From Thermoplasmata archaeon (GTDB taxonomy: Archaea; Thermoplasmatota; Thermoplasmata; Halarchaeoplasmatales; Halarchaeoplasmataceae): a stretch of 64,000 nucleotides of DNA. Position numbers and translations under genes: made by a program. Shown one piece after another: positions 59,419 to 64,000 of the stretch. Under the pieces are notes generated by a model. It did not search any database. It was not told the DNA's origin and was given only the letters and a program-made list of their open reading frames with translations. Every line of letters begins with the position of its first letter. Within the stretch, counting starts at the first letter, position 1. Location of the stretch: contig JAWOBZ010000080.1 in NCBI GenBank assembly GCA_046484045.1, forward strand, positions 28,630-92,629, written 5' to 3'.

Positions 59419-59518
59419 ATGTGATCTCTCCTTTGGGTTGGGAAGATGTGGTTGGTTTATAAAATTATGTTGGGGGGTACTGGGGGAAATTTTATATGTT
59501 ACGTATATCATCTAATAC

Positions 59519-60340
59519 GTGATTATCGTGAATAAAAGTATAAATCTCGGTCCATTGGAATCAAAACTCCTATTCGAGTTGGAAAAGAGAGGTAAGTTTT
59601 TGTTTGATTTCAAGGATTCAAAAGACATATTGGATACTTCAGATTCATCCGTAGCCAATGTTCTGTATAGGTTGAGGGAAAAGGATAGAGTTCAAGAGAT
59701 ACAGAAGGGGAAGTACGTATTGAATCCAGCTAGATCAGGTTTGGAGGGTGAATGGATGGAAAACTTATATCTCATAATCGATCACATAGTGGATGATTAT
59801 TACGTCGGTTTCTGGTCAGCCATGAGTTACTGGGACCTGACTGAACAGATCCCCGTTGTGACCCAGGTTGCTTTAACTAAAAGGAAGAGGCGAGTAGAAT
59901 ATCTAGGTCAGGAAATCAAGTTCATCAAGATATCTGGAAAACGGTTTTTTGGAGATGTGAAAAAGGATGTTGAAGATGGAAGTTTCTATATATCTTCATT
60001 AGAGAAAACCGTTGTGGATGGTCTGACGTATCCGCAGTATTGTGGAGGGTTGTATGAAGTTTCCAAGGCGTTGTGGAACTCCCGAGAGATCATCGATTGT
60101 GAGAAAGTCTTTAGATTCCTAAATAGGTTGGATATGAGTGCGGTTACCAGGAGGATGGGGTATCTTTTGGATGTGCTCGATATCAAAAAAGATTTGAAGG
60201 ATAAATTAAGAGATGAATATAGTGGTTTCAGATGGTTGGATCCCTCTTCTTCCAAACCGGACTTTATTTATAATAAGGAGTGGGGTCTTAAATTGAATAT
60301 ATCTGATAAAGAAATGTTGGGTTGGAGAGTGCTACGTTGA
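59519..60340 (+). CDS. Type IV TA antitoxin, AbiEi family
   Basis: N-terminal wHTH (..IQKGKY), YVGFWSAMSYWDLTEQIP, EKTVVD..PQYCGG. Confidence 0.87.
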   Translation: MIIVNKSINLGPLESKLLFELEKRGKFLFDFKDSKDILDTSDSSVANVLYRLREKDRVQEIQKGKYVLNPARSGLEGEWMENLYLIIDHIVDDYYVGFWSAMSYWDLTEQIPVVTQVALTKRKRRVEYLGQEIKFIKISGKRFFGDVKKDVEDGSFYISSLEKTVVDGLTYPQYCGGLYEVSKALWNSREIIDCEKVFRFLNRLDMSAVTRRMGYLLDVLDIKKDLKDKLRDEYSGFRWLDPSSSKPDFIYNKEWGLKLNISDKEMLGWRVLR

Positions 60341-61092
60341 AGATGGATGAACTGAAGAGATTATCTGGAAGAAAGAAAATCCCCCAAGGGATCATCTATA
60401 AGGATTACGTGATAACAGTGATCCTAGAGGATATATCTAGGAAGGATTATAAGGAGGATTTGATCTTCAAAGGAGGTACCTGTCTAAAAAAGATATATTT
60501 TGATGAAACGAGATTTTCTGTAGATATAGATTTCACCTGCACTCGTCAGAAGGTTTCCGACGAACTACTTACTGACCTCAAAGGGGATATAGAGGATAAA
60601 ACGGTCAGAGGTGTATCCTTCGGAGGTATAAAAGAGGATCGTGGTTGGGCAGATAGTGTCAGTTTCAAATTAGGATATTACGATCTAAATGAACATCCCA
60701 ACAGTGTTAAGATAGACCTGAGTTTTAGAGAGCAGCCGATCTTAAAGCCTGAAATTAAGCACGTGTTGATTCCAGATTACGGGAGGATCGATAAGTTCGA
60801 AATGTATGTTTTCCCTCTAAAAGAGATTCTATCAGAAAAAATTCGCGCTCTTATTACAAGGGGAGCTGCGAGGGATGTCTTTGATGTGTGGTTTCTTTTG
60901 AAAAATGGTGTGGAATTGGATATTAGCTTGGTTGAGGAGAAGATGGATTTATATGATGAAGAATTCGACATGGAGGAATTTATTGATAAGATCGGTGAGA
61001 TGGAGAGTAAGTGGAAACGTGACCTGGGGATGCTCGTGCCGGAGGCACCAGGATTCGAAACTGTTAAGGAAGAGATACGTTCGATCCTTTAG
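60322..61092 (+). CDS. Type IV TA toxin, AbiEii nucleotidyltransferase
   Basis: FKGGTCLKKIY..RFSVDIDF, SEKIRA..R..ARDVFD; true start possibly 60343. Confidence 0.92.
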   Translation: MESATLKMDELKRLSGRKKIPQGIIYKDYVITVILEDISRKDYKEDLIFKGGTCLKKIYFDETRFSVDIDFTCTRQKVSDELLTDLKGDIEDKTVRGVSFGGIKEDRGWADSVSFKLGYYDLNEHPNSVKIDLSFREQPILKPEIKHVLIPDYGRIDKFEMYVFPLKEILSEKIRALITRGAARDVFDVWFLLKNGVELDISLVEEKMDLYDEEFDMEEFIDKIGEMESKWKRDLGMLVPEAPGFETVKEEIRSIL

Positions 61093-61185
61093 TTCATGTA
61101 TTATGTTATATTGTGAAATAAATCATTTAAATTTCAAATTCGAAACAGAGTTCGAAATGAAGGGGGGGCGTGTGAGGAAATTGAT

Positions 61186-61626
61186 TTATTTATCATCTAA
61201 CCTTTTTTCCAACGCATCGATTAGTATCTCTATGATCCTTTCGATATCATCTAGGTTTCTGAAAAGGTAATCTTGAGCGATATCCCTTCCCCTGTATATG
61301 ATATCGCTTCTGAGTAATCTTAAGTCGTCTATAAGATGGGTATATTGATATTCTATAAGATCTGGTTCTATGTCGTTAATATATGAGATCAAACATTCAT
61401 GACTGTAACTTTTGTATCCATCTAATGCTAATAATGCGGTCAATAGTTCCTTGATAGCTTCATAATACGATTCCAACAAAAGTTGAGGATATTCGTCTTC
61501 TTTCCTTTTCTCTATGGATTTCATCCTACGTTTTGCCAGGATTAAAAGAGATCTAGCCTGCTCTGGATTCTCTTGAATCTCCTTCACTTTCTTCTTTTCC
61601 TTACAATCTTCCCAATCTTTCATCAT
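61186..61626 (-). CDS. HEPN domain protein
   Basis: YYEAI..ALLALDGYK..SHECLI, LRLLRSDIIY; coupled to an MNT gene. Confidence 0.82.
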   Translation of the reverse strand: MMKDWEDCKEKKKVKEIQENPEQARSLLILAKRRMKSIEKRKEDEYPQLLLESYYEAIKELLTALLALDGYKSYSHECLISYINDIEPDLIEYQYTHLIDDLRLLRSDIIYRGRDIAQDYLFRNLDDIERIIEILIDALEKRLDDK

Positions 61627-62147
61627 ATCACTTTTAGGAAACCGTGTAGAACGATCCCGTTAGCCAACGAGTTTCTTAACTCTTCGTTCACGTTGTCGAT
61701 GTCAGGTTCGTATAAAAGGTTTATTTTCCTGTTCAGTTTTTCTTCGTATTCGTTTAAGTTCAAGTTTGTCTTCTTTGATTGGATGAACAAGTCTATATCT
61801 CCGTTGGTGTCGTCTCTTCCAGAGGCAGCACTACCGAATAGAACTAAACAGTTCGGTGTAGATTGATTTTTTATTAAATCTATCAGTCCAGATGTTTTTA
61901 AACGTATTAGTAGATCGTTGACCTTGTAGGTTCTAAATTTATCGTTTATTACAGCACGGTATCCTTTGTAGAGTCCATCTTCATTCGATTCGATAAGGTC
62001 CTCTTCGATCAGCTTCAGTAGATGACTCTTTACCGATGGGTGGCTGATGTTCACTTCTCTTGAGATCTCCCTAAGATGCCATATCTTGTTCGGCTCGTCG
62101 AAGAAAACCTGTAGGACTTTGTATAGATTTGATGATCGGTATATCAT
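61623..62147 (-). CDS. wHTH-fused minimal nucleotidyltransferase (MNT) antitoxin
   Basis: HLREISREVNISHPSV HTH; LFGSAASG..DIDLFI. Confidence 0.88.
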   Translation of the reverse strand: MIYRSSNLYKVLQVFFDEPNKIWHLREISREVNISHPSVKSHLLKLIEEDLIESNEDGLYKGYRAVINDKFRTYKVNDLLIRLKTSGLIDLIKNQSTPNCLVLFGSAASGRDDTNGDIDLFIQSKKTNLNLNEYEEKLNRKINLLYEPDIDNVNEELRNSLANGIVLHGFLKVI

Positions 62148-62149
62148 AT

Positions 62150-62193
62150 TACCACCTGGTATAATATTTTACCAAGTGGTATTAATAGTTACC
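62150..62193. promoter_or_regulatory. Tandem palindromic operator upstream of MNT-HEPN
   Basis: TACCA-CC-TGGTA (62150-61), TACCA-AG-TGGTA (62170-81) and half site TACC (62190), on a 20-bp period. Confidence 0.6.
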
Positions 62194-62347
62194 GGTTTGA
62201 GATACTAAACGTGAACTTTGTGGAGTGGCGTGTTTATCGAAACAGAGTGCGAAATGAAGGAGGGAGACAAACACTTTTCCAAAATCTGTGATGATATTTT
62301 TTTGAGTGTGATTTTGAGTTGTCTTAAGTTTTTAGTATTTACTCTGA

Positions 62348-62842
62348 TCACTTTTCATCCAATTCAGTACGCACTTTTTCGTACAGTTCATCGCTGATCC
62401 AAAAACCTGAATCCCTTAAAGTATCCAAGTGTTCTATTGGATCCTTCAATTTATTCAATTTTGCAGCCTTTAAAAGTAGGCCTATAACTCCGGTTATTTG
62501 CAGATCATGATTTCTAGCCAGTTCCCTAGCATCGTACTCATCTAACAAGATGATATCTGCAGATTCCTGAATAGCTAAAACAATTGCCTCTGATTCACCT
62601 TCATCTACATCTTTAAAGAATGCTGTTTTTAGATGTATATTCTCTCTTTTTATTTGTTTTACATATATCCATTCAGCATTTTCTATGTCCCTTGAATCCT
62701 TTCTATCTCCACCCTCTACAACGCATTCTTCGTAGACCGCTTCAGGGATGAGTACTTCATCGAATAGTTCATTTAAGATCTCTAGAAGCCCTATCTTCGA
62801 TAGGTGAATCAATGGAGAAGAATTACTGACCGCGATTGGCAA
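62348..62842 (-). CDS. PIN-domain protein, DUF3368 family
   Basis: VSNSSPLIHL, IPEAVYEE, GESEAIVLA, LLDE..AR, GVIGLL, GFWIS. Confidence 0.9.
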   Translation of the reverse strand: MPIAVSNSSPLIHLSKIGLLEILNELFDEVLIPEAVYEECVVEGGDRKDSRDIENAEWIYVKQIKRENIHLKTAFFKDVDEGESEAIVLAIQESADIILLDEYDARELARNHDLQITGVIGLLLKAAKLNKLKDPIEHLDTLRDSGFWISDELYEKVRTELDEK

Positions 62843-63077
62843 ATTCGATGTCCTCCTTCAATTCCCTCTCATCATAGTGTCTTTCTATCTTCCTTTTTTT
62901 AAGTTCATCTATAAATTCCCATTTCCCCATCTCTGCCAACTTCCTCGCTTTACCGAGAGATATTATTCCCCTTTGGTAAAGAGCTAAAGCTAGTTCTAGT
63001 TTTAGCATCTTTTGCCTATCTTTCTTGGGGAGTTTGATAGCATTCAATATCTCTTCGCCTATCGATATAGATTCCAT
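62823..63077 (-). CDS. UPF0175 family antitoxin
   Basis: ELALALYQRGIISLGKARKLA..WEF..EL..R.I; overlaps the DUF3368 gene. Confidence 0.9.
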   Translation of the reverse strand: MESISIGEEILNAIKLPKKDRQKMLKLELALALYQRGIISLGKARKLAEMGKWEFIDELKKRKIERHYDERELKEDIEFANRGQ

Positions 63078-63401
63078 TTTATCCTGTTTTAAATAGAGTA
63101 GTGAATAGATTTAAAACTTTTCATCTTTGAAAATTTTTGCATAGTGCGAAATGAAGGAGGGGGCGTATGGATAAAATAGTAAATTTTATACATGCGTGAG
63201 GAACAGGGTTCCTAACAGTGTGAAATAAGAAAAAAAGTGAACCGGTAAAATAGGGTTGTCTTTCACAATTTTATTCGTGCAATAGATACTTTGTAATCTT
63301 CCCCTTTCCTTCGTGATATTGTTTGTATTGAAATATCTAGATAAGAGCTCCGGTATGCTGTTAATTCTGTTGAAATCCATATAAACAGTATTCCGTTCTC
63401 A

Positions 63402-64000
63402 CTACCCTTCACTTTTTTTTATTATACCGTGACCGGCTTTGCCGTCCACCTTAACGAGCAGAGGTGATGAAAGACGTAGGTGCCTCACGTACCGTTCCTT
63501 GTTCTCAGCGGGCATATCATCCATCCAAGTCCAATCAACGAAATCCTCCTTCGATTTGTTAGCAATTGTAAGGTAAGGGATCCCAAGAGATGTAATGTTG
63601 TGAAAGAAATGAGAGCCCTGTGAAGGGTCCACCCGTATGTCCATGATCGGAGTTTCCACTATGGCCCTTACTCCGGCCATGTGGCCCCAATTGACCGGAA
63701 TACCAAGCCATTTGTCGTTGCTGCCCCATCGGCCCGGACCGATGAGTAGATAGGGCCTCCCGTTCACCTTTTCGTTCATCTCACCGATCTCTTTGGCGAT
63801 GTTAACGGTTTGACTTCGATCAAAGGTTTTGGGTGGCACATAGACGATGTCATATATATCGTTAAATTTTCCGTTACCAAGGGCTTTAGAGGAATAAATA
63901 AGGCACCCCTCTCGTTCGTTATCTTCAATAACAACATGATTGTGCTCTTTCATAGAGAGAAATGGTCTTATCTGCAGTATGTAAAACACCAGATCACCAT
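63402..64000 (-). CDS. C-terminal part of a PEP/pyruvate-binding (PPDK/PEP synthase-like) protein; runs off the window
   Basis: FYILQIRP, LIGPGRWGS.D.WLGIPV, DPSQGSHFFHNITS. Confidence 0.8.
   Translation of the reverse strand, partial: GDLVFYILQIRPFLSMKEHNHVVIEDNEREGCLIYSSKALGNGKFNDIYDIVYVPPKTFDRSQTVNIAKEIGEMNEKVNGRPYLLIGPGRWGSNDKWLGIPVNWGHMAGVRAIVETPIMDIRVDPSQGSHFFHNITSLGIPYLTIANKSKEDFVDWTWMDDMPAENKERYVRHLRLSSPLLVKVDGKAGHGIIKKSEG

Larger units (their letters stand above)
61140..63165 (+). repeat. Three copies of an inter-module repeat (61140-61170, 62237-62264, 63143-63165)
   Basis: TCGAAACAGAGTTCGAAATGAAGGGGGG and TCGAAACAGAGTGCGAAATGAAGGAGGG (26/28 identical); AGTGCGAAATGAAGGAGGG (19/19 to copy 2). 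Confidence 0.85.

Noticed and set aside
61085..61112. dif-like Xer site (TTATGTTATAT arm)
   Set aside because: No matching left arm ending in TAA at 6-bp spacing.
61140..63165. CRISPR array from the three repeats
   Set aside because: Spacing is about 1 kb with whole genes between copies; no cas genes.
63186..63380. 64-aa ORF next to the third repeat copy
   Set aside because: AT-rich with no recognisable motif; cannot be supported as a gene, possibly a decayed cassette.

Overview
Archaeal chromosomal window. Gene content, acidic proteins and many leaderless starts suggest a Thermoplasmatota-like, possibly salt-adapted anaerobe (inference). Housekeeping content: GlnA, a redoxin + ferredoxin:disulfide reductase pair, Kbl, hydantoinase/oxoprolinase A+B, the proteasome-exosome superoperon (psmA to prefoldin beta and a DHH gene), TyrRS, CysRS, PheRS-alpha, Pgk, HisC-like, HutH, Dcd, glycerate kinase, RFC-S, Sec61-beta, Mdh, an S-layer-like protein and a 1976-aa surface protein. 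RNA genes: tRNA-Thr(CGT), tRNA-Arg(TCG), tRNA-Gln(CTG) and an unannotated box C/D guide RNA predicted to methylate C34 of tRNA-Leu(CAA). Most unusual signals: (1) all three tRNAs are flanked by duplicated fragments of their own ends interleaved with short-loop mini-hairpins; (2) a bacterial-type queA-tgt queuosine operon in an archaeon; (3) toxin-antitoxin modules separated by a conserved 19-28 bp repeat, like a cassette array; (4) two integrase-less islets bounded by direct repeats; (5) a stand-alone CARF + PIN pair next to an inactive-RadA/PolB2 operon. No CRISPR array, integrase or transposase is visible. All calls come from motif recognition by eye; no searches were run.
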